NCBI GenBank assembly: GCA_965223905.1
Contig: CBDCXV010000001.1
Location: 864,001-928,000 of the forward strand
Direction of reading: 5' to 3'
Length of the DNA stretch: 64,000 bases
Origin: Candidatus Latescibacterota bacterium
GTDB taxonomy: Bacteria > Latescibacterota > UBA2968 > UBA8231
Shown: positions 46,546 to 56,049 of the stretch, one piece after another
Layout: each line of letters starts with the position of its first letter
Numbering within the stretch: the stretch's first letter is position 1
The notes under the pieces: generated by a model
Databases searched by the model: none
Seen by the model: only the letters and a program-made list of their open reading frames with translations
What the model was told of the DNA's origin: nothing
Made by a program: the position numbers and the translations under genes

Positions 46546-47886
46546 ATGATCGACTGGGATTCCGTGACAGACGAAGTCACCGGTTACCTGCAGGACCTGC
46601 TGCGCATCGACACCACCAATCCGCCCGGCAACGAAACCGAGGCCGCCGGGTACATCGCCGGCGTCCTGCGGCGGGAGGGGTTTCAGCCGCTGATCACGGA
46701 ATCGGCGCCGGGCCGGGGAAACGTCGCGACCCGCCTCGACACCGGGGGCACGGAACCGCCCCTGCTTCTGCTCGGCCACACCGACGTGGTCGCCGCCGAG
46801 CCGGACAAGTGGACGCGCGACCCTTTCGGCGGCGATCTCCACGACGGCTGCATCTGGGGGCGCGGAGCCCTCGACATGAAGAACATGGTGGCCGTCGAGC
46901 TGATGGTGATGCTGCTGCTCAAACGGCAGGGGATGGCGCTAAAGCGTCCGGTGATGTTCGCCGCGACCGCGGACGAGGAGGCAGGCAAGGGGAACCACGG
47001 CCCCGGCTGGCTTCTCGACCATCACCCCGAACAGATCGAGGCCCCGGTGGTGCTGACCGAGGCGGGAGGCCACGACCTGCGCGTCGGGGAGCACCGGTAC
47101 TACACCTGCTGCGTCGGCCAGAAGGGGATCTGCCGCCTGCGCGCCACGGCCCGGGGGCGCCCGGGGCACGGCTCGCGGCCCCACGGCGACAACGCCATCG
47201 TCAAGCTGTGCGCCGCCCTGGGCAGGCTCGAGGGAGGAAGCTTTCCCCTGCATCCGTCGAGGACGCTGAGGGCCTATATCGAAGGGATTGCCGAATGCCA
47301 GCCGCCGGAGCTGGCCGGCAGTCTCGGCGCCGTCCTCGACCCGGTCCGCTCCGACAGCGCCCTCGCCTCATTGCCCCTCGCCGACGACTTCAAGGCCGAG
47401 CTGCGCTCCCTGCTGCGCAACACCGCCTCGGCGACCATGCTCAGCGCCGGCAGCAAGATCAACGTGATTCCGTCCGAGGCGAGCGCGGCGATCGACGGGC
47501 GGTTGGCCCCCGGGCAGACGAAGGAGTCGTTCCTCGCCGAGCTGCGCCGGCAGATCGGAGAGGAGCTCGAGATCGAAGTGGACCAGTACAGCCCGCCCCT
47601 GGAGGCGGATGCGGCCGGGGAGTTCTACGGAGTCATCGAGGAAGTGATGGCGCGCCACGATCCCGGGGTGCCGGTGGTGCCGTCGCTGACCACCGGGGGG
47701 ACCGACGCCAAGCACATCTGCCCGCGGCGGCCCGGGACGCAGGTGTACGGGTTCATGCCCTACCGCCAGCAGCCGGGGCTCGAGGAGATGCAGCTGATCC
47801 ACGGGCACGACGAGCGCACCACGGTGGAGAACCTGCTGTTCGCGACCCGGGTGATCTACGACATCGTCGTGGCGTATGCTGCTTGA
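46546..47886 (+). CDS. M20/M25/M40 family metallo-hydrolase
   Basis: Motifs TTNPPGNE, GHTDVV, GRGALDMK, ADEE, GGTDAK and IHGHDER. Confidence 0.92.
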   Translation: MIDWDSVTDEVTGYLQDLLRIDTTNPPGNETEAAGYIAGVLRREGFQPLITESAPGRGNVATRLDTGGTEPPLLLLGHTDVVAAEPDKWTRDPFGGDLHDGCIWGRGALDMKNMVAVELMVMLLLKRQGMALKRPVMFAATADEEAGKGNHGPGWLLDHHPEQIEAPVVLTEAGGHDLRVGEHRYYTCCVGQKGICRLRATARGRPGHGSRPHGDNAIVKLCAALGRLEGGSFPLHPSRTLRAYIEGIAECQPPELAGSLGAVLDPVRSDSALASLPLADDFKAELRSLLRNTASATMLSAGSKINVIPSEASAAIDGRLAPGQTKESFLAELRRQIGEELEIEVDQYSPPLEADAAGEFYGVIEEVMARHDPGVPVVPSLTTGGTDAKHICPRRPGTQVYGFMPYRQQPGLEEMQLIHGHDERTTVENLLFATRVIYDIVVAYAA

Positions 47887-48089
47887 GGAGCGGCTTCTGG
47901 CAGGGAGCCAGCCGATTCCGTCAGCCCTGGGGATGCAGAGCTTTCGCGGTGGTCGCATTAACCCACGTGGAGAGGGAACCGTTTGACATTCGACTTGATT
48001 TCGGGTCGGCCGCCCAGGAGCGCCATGGCAGTGGTCCAGTTAATTCGTGGCAAGGCGGCAGGCTGTAGCTTGGAGCGGACTTCAAGCCA

Positions 48090-48317
48090 TCAGGCGAATT
48101 CGATGACGTCGAAGGTTTGGGGGTGGGCCAGTTCCTTGCGCCGCTGGAGGAGTCGATCCAAGGCCTTGGCGGTTTGGGCCGTCATATAGGTTTCGTGGCA
48201 ATGGGGGCAACAGACCACCGGCACTTTATCCACAAGAAACTTGTCGTTCCTGGGGCCGCATACCTGAGTCTTGTAGCGCAGCCGCGCGCCATCCTTGCCG
48301 CAGTAGTCGCAAATCAT
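48090..48317 (-). CDS. YgiT-type zinc-finger (MqsA-like) antitoxin
   Basis: MICDYCG...VPVVCCPHCHETY, overlapping the DUF4258 stop codon. Confidence 0.85.
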   Translation of the reverse strand: MICDYCGKDGARLRYKTQVCGPRNDKFLVDKVPVVCCPHCHETYMTAQTAKALDRLLQRRKELAHPQTFDVIEFA

Positions 48318-48601
48318 GAGGTCTCTCTCCAGGCCGTGATGAAAACCAGTTTGCCGGTCGGGCTGATTTTGGCCACGACGACACCCAAGTGGCCTGCTTT
48401 CGTCTCGCCCAGGATGATGTATTTGTATTCGCCCGAGGTTGAATCCTGCTGGCGCTCAATAATCCTTCCCGAAAAGGAGTATGTGTTCTCCCTCAAGAAT
48501 GCTCAGGTCGTCGTCCTGTATTTCCTCGTAGGCGTGAGCGGGAACAATATATTCATCGGCGCGGATTTGGCGCGCATCTGGTGGAGGATATGGTCGTGCA
48601 T
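48314..48601 (-). pseudogene. DUF4258 putative toxin, frameshifted
   Basis: Segments MHDHILHQMR / QIRADEYIVPAHAYEEIQDDDLSILEGEHILL / SGRIIERQQD...YKYIILG...KLVFITAW switch frame twice, and the start frame has a stop. Confidence 0.8.
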
Positions 48602-48808
48602 CACATACCGTAGGCCATCTTGCGCCGGACGTGGACGCGGCCTGCAGTGATGGTGTACTCACGGGGGATCTCCATGGCCGCCTGCCACCCCGACCTTTGT
48701 ATCGCAGGGGGAGCGGAGTAGGCCCCTGACCGCCTGAAGTCCATCCGAACGAAGAGCACAGTCAGCCGTATCCCGAAACCATTCCATTCCCCGTTTTTTC
48801 CCAGATCA

Positions 48809-48886
48809 AACTAAAAATTTAGTTGACAAGCCTGGCTCTGCCGGATACATTGAAACTAAATCCTTAGTTGATAAATCCTTAGTTGA
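48809..48886 (+). promoter_or_regulatory. Sigma70 promoter with BlaI-type operators
   Basis: TTGACA (48823)-N17-TACATT (48846). Palindromes AACTAA-N4-TTAGTT at 48809-48824 and 48854-48869, plus a partial third copy to 48886. Confidence 0.85.
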
Positions 48887-48899
48887 GAGGACGCGTCAG

Positions 48900-49307
48900 G
48901 TGGCAACCGGAGAGAGACCCGACAGAAAGCTGACCCCGCTCGAAACAGTGATCATGAACGTCCTGTGGGACGAGTCTCCCGCGGCGGTCAGGCAGGTGCA
49001 GGAGCGGCTGAATACCGTCAAGCCGATGGCCTACAACACGGTGCTGACCATCATGCGCATCCTGCGCAACAAGGGCTTTCTGGTCTCGGAGCGGGAAGGC
49101 CGGTCCGATCTCTACCGTCCGGTGGTAACGCGCGAGGACATGGGGCGGCGCTCCCTGGGGGAGGTGATCGACTCGTTCTTTGCCGGGTCGGCCGAGGCCC
49201 TGGTCAGTCAACTGCTGGACGGCCAGTCGCTCACTGACGAGGAGTTGGCGGCGATCCGGGAGGAGCTGGACCGAGCCCTCGAACGCAGGAAAGGAGGCCG
49301 ACAGTGA
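48900..49307 (+). CDS. BlaI/MecI/CopY family transcriptional repressor
   Basis: Motifs LTPLE..IMNVLW, AYNTVLTIMRIL.NKG and FFAGS...LVSQL. Confidence 0.92.
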   Translation: MATGERPDRKLTPLETVIMNVLWDESPAAVRQVQERLNTVKPMAYNTVLTIMRILRNKGFLVSEREGRSDLYRPVVTREDMGRRSLGEVIDSFFAGSAEALVSQLLDGQSLTDEELAAIREELDRALERRKGGRQ

Positions 49308-51393
49308 ATGCGGCTTTGAACGGACTGGGCAGCCAGCTGTTCGGCTGGTTTGGCCAGCTGAGTATCGAACTGGCGGTGCTGGCCCTGGTGGTCCTGGCAG
49401 CCGGTCGCCTGCTGCCGATCAAATCGCCGGGGTTGCGCCACCTGTTGTGGGTCGTCGTGCTGCTCAAGCCGCTCGTCGCTGTGGCGGTCAGCTCGCCTTT
49501 TACGCTATTCACGCCATTCGCCCCGTTGGTGCCGCTGGCTGAATCCGGTCGGGATGCCCTGGCATTCCTGCCTGTCGAGCACCCAACGGTGCATGCAGCT
49601 GCTTCTCCGATAGTTGCCACAAGCAGCGTGCGACTTACTCCAGCCGGCTGGGGAGCGATTCTGTGGATTGCAGGGGCGGCGCTGCTCATCGGGCGCATTA
49701 TGATCGGCCAGGGAATCCTCTGGCGCTTGCGGCAGCAGGCACAGGTGCAGCGCGGCGGTCCGCTCTTCGACGCCCTGCGCCAGGTGCGTCAGGAGTTCGA
49801 CTGCTATCCCAGGGTCGAGGTGGCGACCTCCCCTTCTACCAGCTCGCCGATGGTCCTGGGCATCCTGAGACCGATCATTGTCTTCCCGGCCGATCTCGTG
49901 GACAAGCTTCGCGCCGAGGAACTCTCCCTGATCCTCATGCACGAGCTGGCGCACGTGCGCCGCTGCGACAACCTCGTGCTGCTGCTGCACCGGCTGGTCG
50001 CAGCCGTATTGTTCTTCCATCCCGTCGTGTGGCTGTGCGGCCGCATGTTGCGGCGGGAAGCCGAACAGGCGTGCGACGATCTCGTGGTATGCGCCACCGG
50101 TCGCGAAAAAGCTTATGCGCGTGGCCTTGCCCACGTCGCGGAACGGGGGGGCCACTTCAACCCTTTGATAAGGAGAATCCCCACGATGAACGCCTTTGCA
50201 GCAGTGGAATCGGATCTTGCGCTGAGAATCCGCCGGACGCTTCGCGGGGGTGCGCGCCGGATGGGCACCCGGGCGCGCGTGTTGGCGGCGGTACTGCTTG
50301 GTCCCCTGATGGTCGTGACTCTGCCCTCTTGTGGCACTACCGGAAAACGCACGGGTGGAGACATGGCAGCGGTAAAAGTCTTGGAAAAGGAAAGTCGGGA
50401 CGACGAAATCTGGCGAGAGGCGATGACGACGGATCCGGACGAATGGTCCGAGGAGCTCAGGCTCCGGCTTCTTTCGACTATACCGGACAGTACCTTCCAA
50501 AAAATGGCAATGCTTCGCTCGCTGTTTGCCCAGGAAATCCCCGCGATTATGGAGGAGAAGCGAATCTGGCAAGAGGCGATGGCGAGCGATCAAGGTGAAT
50601 GGTCTGACGACCTGAAAACCCAGCTTCTTGCGATAAACCCCGCCAGTACCCTCGAGGAGGTCGTCGAGGGGCGCCTTAGAAGATTGTTAAACCCTTGGTA
50701 ATCCAGATGAAACACCGAATCCAGCGTCAAAATCCAGCGGTTCACAGACTCCGTAAACCCAGACAGAATTCCTCTCTATATCTATTATTATCATTAGGTT
50801 ACGTAAGTTTCTGTCGGATTTCTTGGTCTGGGCCGAGCTGAGCTTCTCAGCGGGAAAAGCGGAATCCGTAACAATCGTCTAATGCTCCCTCGTCGAGGAG
50901 GTTCTTCGGCGCAGGGTTTGGGGAGAGGCGATGGCGAATGATCCAGGTGAATGGTCCGAGGACCTGAAAACCCAGCTTCTTGAGCTTAAACCCGGCAGCA
51001 CCATCGAAGAGATCGCCAAGGAAATCAGCAAACTCAGGTCCTGGCGGGAGGAGGGATGGCCGCCAACCGATTCTGACGAATGGCCCGAGGAGCTGAAGGC
51101 CCAGATTCTTGCACGTAAGGCCTCGGAAAAAGTTATAATCGTCCTGGATCAGGACGGCAATTGGACAACACTACGATCATCATCCAAGGAGGTGAGTGCG
51201 CCGGACACGGTCAGATCGTCCAGATCATGGAATTCGGATCACGGGGTTCTGGGCATCGGCGATACCCTCAAGCTCGATGTGACCCGATGAGGGCGCCGCG
51301 CGCGCACAGATCGTCCAGGTCATGGAGATCGCTCGCCAGGTAGGGCTAGTCGATCAGGTCATCGCCACGGAACCGCAACGCGCAACTGAATGA
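49304..51393 (+). pseudogene. BlaR1-like M56 metallopeptidase sensor, split by a MITE, with frameshifted 3' end
   Basis: TM helices, ILMHELAHVRRCD, FFHPVVW and EQACD. The ORF stops inside the MITE at 50701 and resumes in frame at 50898. ExbD-like fragments extend to 51393. Confidence 0.82.
50669..50889. mobile_element. 221-bp MITE
   Basis: TIRs GGGCGCCTTAGAAGATTGTTA / GGGAGCATTAGACGATTGTTA (18/21 match). 8-bp TSD TCGTCGAG at 50661-50668 and 50890-50897. AT-rich, no ORF. Confidence 0.9.
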
Positions 51394-51405
51394 GGTTTCC
51401 TGGCA

Positions 51406-51890
51406 CTATTCTCCGACCAGGGCCAATGCCTTGTCCACGACTTGGTTGGACAGGTACATACCCGGCTGCCGGAGTTGGTCGACTACGGGCCGTGCTGATG
51501 GGATCAACCCGCGTTTCTTTGCAACCAAAACAAGACCGAGAGTACCTCGGAGAGGGATGCCCAACGCGGTTGCGCAGCGTCGGGCTGCCAAGTCGTCAAC
51601 TATGACTTCCGTGCCTTTGTGGATATAACCCCAAGTCAGCACAGAGGACTCGCCCGGACCTGAATCCCACGCTTTGATACGTGCGTGAATGGGTGGTGTG
51701 GGAACGACGGCCAGCCAGGATGTTTTTCGATGGTCTGGACTGTTGGATCATCAGGGCCGCGCTGTTGGATTTCTTCAGCAACGGCGGCAGGATCAACGAC
51801 TTTATCACCTGCGCTTTTCAGCAGATTGAGCAGGTCTCCACACACCAGGAAAATGAGCGGCGAAGCATTGACGGCCGGCTTTTCAGCCAC
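51406..51890 (-). pseudogene. DUF3368 PIN-like toxin, frameshifted
   Basis: VNASPLI..., then a shift at a 5-A run (about 51723-51727), then GPGESSV...VDDLAARRCA..LG..LRGTLG. Confidence 0.8.
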
Positions 51891-52134
51891 GCGCTAGTTC
51901 ACGTTCCAATGCGGCGGCATCCACTCCGAAGACATCCACTTGCTCGCGTGCCAGGGCCTTGAGAAAGTCGGTGCGATCCAGACCGGCTATCTGGGCGGCT
52001 TTTTCTTGAGAGATAACGCCTCGTTCATACCAGCGGATAGCCCCTGCCAGACGCAATTCAGAGACGAATTCCTCTGGGGAGCGGCGCAGAGCAGAGAAAA
52101 CTTCATCCGGCAGTTCCAAGGTGACCTTAGTCAT
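51883..52134 (-). CDS. UPF0175 family antitoxin-like protein
   Basis: Sequence ELRLAGAIRWYERGVISQEKAAQIAGLDRTDFLKAL. Confidence 0.85.
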   Translation of the reverse strand: MTKVTLELPDEVFSALRRSPEEFVSELRLAGAIRWYERGVISQEKAAQIAGLDRTDFLKALAREQVDVFGVDAAALERELARG

Positions 52135-52383
52135 GATTCACGTCCTTCATCATAAAACACCAAACGGTTCCCGGATCTCCTGCCATCCAGGACGATGCCG
52201 TGGGGGCGATCCTGGCGCCTCCCCTCCCGTAGACTGGTTGTAGTTCTGTTCCACCGCAAAGCCCAAGCCAGCCTCATGTAGTAGTAAGAGTCCTTGAACC
52301 GGTCCGTCCCCAGGATTGGATGCGGATTCTTTACAGATCAGGAATTGGAATCCTGTTTTGTAAAAAAAACCGCAGACCGCCGG

Positions 52384-53874
52384 TTACTCCGATTCCTCGA
52401 GCTCCCCGGCCTGCGGACCGGCCACGGCCTCCCCCTCGGCCTTGATGGCCTCGAGGCGGGCCGACAGCCGGCGCACGATCTCGGGGTGCCGCCCGTACAG
52501 GTTCCGCCGCTCGGAGATGTCCTCCCCGAGATTGAACAGCTCCCCGGGGAAATCGTGGTCCTCGTACCCCCGCTCCTCCTTGAACCAGTCCGGCTCGCCG
52601 TTGTCGTCGCCGGAGGGGGCGTCGATGAAGACCCAGTCGTCCTCGCGCAGGGCGAAGCGCCCGGAGCAGCTGTGATGCACGGCGGAGCGGCGCACCGGCG
52701 CGTCGGTTCGGCCCTGCAGCAGGGGCAGCATGCCGATGCTGTCCTCGGCCTCTCCGGGGGGCAGCCGGACCCCGGTCAGCTCGGCGCAGGTGGCGGTGAA
52801 ATCCCCGAGCAGGGTGAGCTGGCCGCAGACGGAGCCGGCCGGGGTGACCCCGGGCCAGCGGGCGACGAAGGGCACCCGGTGCCCGCCTTCCCAGGTGTCG
52901 CGCTTGGCGCCGCGCAGGTGGGCCATGCTGTAGTGGCCGAACAGGCGCGCGTGCTCGTAGCAGCCGCCGGCCGCGGCCGGGATGCACTCGGGGCCGTTGT
53001 CGCTGGTGAAGATGAGCAGCGTGTCGTCGGTCAGCCCCTGCTCGTCGAGGGCGGCCATGACTTCCCCGACCACCCAGTCGACTTCGCAGACGAAATCGCC
53101 GTACAGGCCGGTCCCGCTGCGGCCGATGAAGGGCTCGTTGGGGACGATCGGCGTGTGCGGGGAGGTCAGCGGCAGGTAGAGGAAGAAGGGGTCGGAGCCG
53201 GCCGCGGCGATGTAGTCGCGGGCGCGGCGGACGAACTCCGGGACCATCTCCTCCAGCTTCCAGCCCGGCTTCATGGCACCGGGCAGGCCGAACATCTCCT
53301 CGGGCTTCTGCGCGGTCGGGGCCGCGGCCAGCCGGTCCTGCTCGAACCAGGTGTAGGGCGGGAAGTTGGGCACGTCGACGCCGAAGTAGGAGTCGAAACC
53401 GCAGGCCAGGGGGCCGCCGCCGATGGGTTGGCTGTAGTCGATGTTGCGCTCGAGGGCCAGGCGCTGTTCCCGGTCGTGTTGGCCGATGGGAACGTCTCCG
53501 CAGGCCGATCTGCCGTCCCGGGTCGCCCATTCCCAGCCGAGGTGCCACTTGCCGATGCAGGCGGTGCGGTAGCCCTGCTGTTGCAGCAACCTGGCAACGG
53601 TGAGACGGTCCGGCTCGATCAGGGGCGGATCCCAGGGCCACAGGACGCTGCTTTTCAGCGGCGTGCGCCAGCAGTAGCGCCCGGTCAGCAGGGCGTAGCG
53701 GCTGGGGGAGCAGACGCTGGAGGAGGCGTGGGCGTCGGTGAGGCGCATCCCCTGAGAGGCGAGACGGTCGAGGTGGGGCGTGGGGATTTTCGATTCGGGG
53801 TTGTTGCTCCCCATGTCGCCGTACCCCATGTCGTCGGCGAGGATGTAAATGATGTTGGGCTTTTTCCGGGGCAT
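52384..53874 (-). CDS. Arylsulfatase
   Basis: Motifs PNIIYILADDMGYGD, CSPSRYALLTGR, GKWHLG, TSDNG and WEGGHRVP. Confidence 0.93.
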   Translation of the reverse strand: MPRKKPNIIYILADDMGYGDMGSNNPESKIPTPHLDRLASQGMRLTDAHASSSVCSPSRYALLTGRYCWRTPLKSSVLWPWDPPLIEPDRLTVARLLQQQGYRTACIGKWHLGWEWATRDGRSACGDVPIGQHDREQRLALERNIDYSQPIGGGPLACGFDSYFGVDVPNFPPYTWFEQDRLAAAPTAQKPEEMFGLPGAMKPGWKLEEMVPEFVRRARDYIAAAGSDPFFLYLPLTSPHTPIVPNEPFIGRSGTGLYGDFVCEVDWVVGEVMAALDEQGLTDDTLLIFTSDNGPECIPAAAGGCYEHARLFGHYSMAHLRGAKRDTWEGGHRVPFVARWPGVTPAGSVCGQLTLLGDFTATCAELTGVRLPPGEAEDSIGMLPLLQGRTDAPVRRSAVHHSCSGRFALREDDWVFIDAPSGDDNGEPDWFKEERGYEDHDFPGELFNLGEDISERRNLYGRHPEIVRRLSARLEAIKAEGEAVAGPQAGELEESE

Positions 53875-53891
53875 GGTCGGTTGCTCCCCCC

Positions 53892-54863
53892 TCATGCCCG
53901 CTGCTCGCGCCGCAGGTCGAGCCACTCCAGCTCCGCGGCGGTGAGCTCGATGTCGAACACCGCGGCGTTCTCCCGGCACTCGCGCGCGTTGCGCGGCGCC
54001 ACCAGGGCATAGATGTCGAGGTCCTGGTGCAGGACCCAGGCCAGGGCGATCTGCGGCACGGATACCCCCTTGTCCGCGGCCAGCTCCCGGGCGCGGTCGA
54101 GGCGCTCGAAGTTCTCTTCGGTGAAGTAGCAGTCGGTGAACCAGCGTCCGAGCTCGGCACCCATCTTCTCCCGGTTCTCCCGCTTCAGCCGTCCGGAGAA
54201 GAACCCCCCGGCCAGGCTCGACCAGGTGAACAGGGGCATCCCCTGCCGCCGGTACCAGTCCCGGTCCGCGGCCCTGTCCGGCCCCGAAAGCGACAGGCAG
54301 TCCGCCCAGGGCGGCTGCGCCTGCACCGCGAGGCTGAGGTTCGGACTGCTCGCCGCGAACGGAACCAGCCCGTGCTTTTCGGCGTACTCGTTGGCTTCGG
54401 CGATGCGCGGCGCCGTCCAGTTGGAACCGCCGAAGGCGCGGATGCGGCCGGCGTCCAGGTGCTCATTGAGGATCTCGACGATCGGACCGACGTCGCAGTC
54501 GGGATCGTCCCGGTGCAGCAGGTGCAGGTCGATGTGGCCGTGGCGCTGGCGCGCCAGGGAATCGAACAGGTCCGCGGTGATGTCGAAGGGGGTGACGCGG
54601 CGGCGGTCGGCGTTGTGATGCGCCCCCTTGCCGATGACGAAGACCCGGTCCCGGTTGCCGCGCGCCTCCATCCAGCGGCCGAGCACGCGCTCGCAGGTGC
54701 CGCCGCCGTAGAGCGCCGCGGTGTCGAAGGCGTTGTACCCCGCCTCGAAGGCGGCGTCGAGGAGATCGAAGCCGGCCTCGAGCTCCTTCTCTTTCAGCGG
54801 GATCGTGCCGAACACGAGGCGCGAGGGCCGCACCGGGGCGAACGGAAGGTCGCCGCAGCGCAT
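53892..54863 (-). CDS. Aldo/keto reductase
   Basis: Motifs FDTAALYG, LHRDDP, GGSNW, WSSLAGG and QIALAW. Confidence 0.9.
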   Translation of the reverse strand: MRCGDLPFAPVRPSRLVFGTIPLKEKELEAGFDLLDAAFEAGYNAFDTAALYGGGTCERVLGRWMEARGNRDRVFVIGKGAHHNADRRRVTPFDITADLFDSLARQRHGHIDLHLLHRDDPDCDVGPIVEILNEHLDAGRIRAFGGSNWTAPRIAEANEYAEKHGLVPFAASSPNLSLAVQAQPPWADCLSLSGPDRAADRDWYRRQGMPLFTWSSLAGGFFSGRLKRENREKMGAELGRWFTDCYFTEENFERLDRARELAADKGVSVPQIALAWVLHQDLDIYALVAPRNARECRENAAVFDIELTAAELEWLDLRREQRA

Positions 54864-54865
54864 GG

Positions 54866-55858
54866 TCAGGAGCTCCTTTCGGCTGGGTACTTCAGTCCCC
54901 AGATATCGCGGATGCGGTCCATGATGCGGACCAGGGCGAGGGTCTCGTCCAGGGGGATGGCCTCGCTTTCGAGCTTGCCGGCGCGCAGGTACTCGTTCAC
55001 CGCTTCCGCCTCGAACTCGTAGCCGTTGCGGCGCAGCGGGAATTCGTAGTGCTCCTTGCACCCCCCGGACTCGAGGGTGACGCCCTCGGTCCTGTGGAAG
55101 GGCGGGTCCAGGGTGATCATGCCCTCGGTGCCGTGGATGCGGGCGCGGCCCTGGAAGGTGGTGCGCACGGCGCTGCGGAGCACGGCGATCTGCCCGCCGG
55201 CGTACCCGAGGAGCACGGCGGCCTGGTCGTCGACCCCGGTCTTCCCCATCTCGGCCAGGGCCTCGACGCGGTCGGGGTGCGGCCCCAGGACCATCGAGGC
55301 GAAGGCGAGGGTGTAGATGCCGATGTCGAGCAGGCTGCCGCCCCCCAGGCGGGGGTTGAACAGCCGCTGCGTGGGGTCGAAGCGGGCGCGGAAGCCGAAC
55401 TCGGCGTCGAGCATGCGCACCTCGCCGATGGCCCCGGAGGCCAGCCATTCCCGCACCTTGATCATCCCCGGGATGAAGCGCGCCCACATCGCCTCCATCA
55501 GGAACAGCTTTCGCGAGCGCGCCGCGGCGATCATCTCCTCCGCCTCGCCGACGTTGAGGGCGAACGGCTTCTCGCACAGCACCGGCTTGCCCGCCTCCAG
55601 GGCGAGCAGGGTGTTATCGCGGTGGAACGGGTTCGGACTGCTGATGTAGACGACGTCGATGTCGGGGTCGGCCACGAGCTCGGCGTACGAGCCGTAGCGC
55701 CGCGGGATCCCGAAGCGGTCTCCGAAGGCGTCGGCCGTGTCGAGGGCGCGGGAGCCGACCGCGGCGATCTCGGCGTCAGGAACCACGGACATCCCCTCGG
55801 CGAACTTCTCCGCCATCCAGCCGGTGGCGAGGAATCCCCAGCGGATTTTCTCGGTCAT
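54866..55858 (-). CDS. Gfo/Idh/MocA family oxidoreductase
   Basis: Motifs IRWG, VLCEKP, MEAMW and GGGSLLDIGIY. Confidence 0.92.
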   Translation of the reverse strand: MTEKIRWGFLATGWMAEKFAEGMSVVPDAEIAAVGSRALDTADAFGDRFGIPRRYGSYAELVADPDIDVVYISSPNPFHRDNTLLALEAGKPVLCEKPFALNVGEAEEMIAAARSRKLFLMEAMWARFIPGMIKVREWLASGAIGEVRMLDAEFGFRARFDPTQRLFNPRLGGGSLLDIGIYTLAFASMVLGPHPDRVEALAEMGKTGVDDQAAVLLGYAGGQIAVLRSAVRTTFQGRARIHGTEGMITLDPPFHRTEGVTLESGGCKEHYEFPLRRNGYEFEAEAVNEYLRAGKLESEAIPLDETLALVRIMDRIRDIWGLKYPAERSS

Positions 55859-56049
55859 GGTTTGTGCGTCTTCTGTGTCGATTGGTCGATGCGGCCGGCG
55901 CGGGTTGCTCCGGCCCCCGGTTCCCTGTGTGCTGAAGCGGCCGCGAAGCCCGGAATTGCGCGGCCGATATCAGGGTTGCCCACAGTCACCCGCAGGGGAG
56001 GCGGGCACTACACAGGCAGGACGATAAACTCCATCCGGGGATGTGACCT

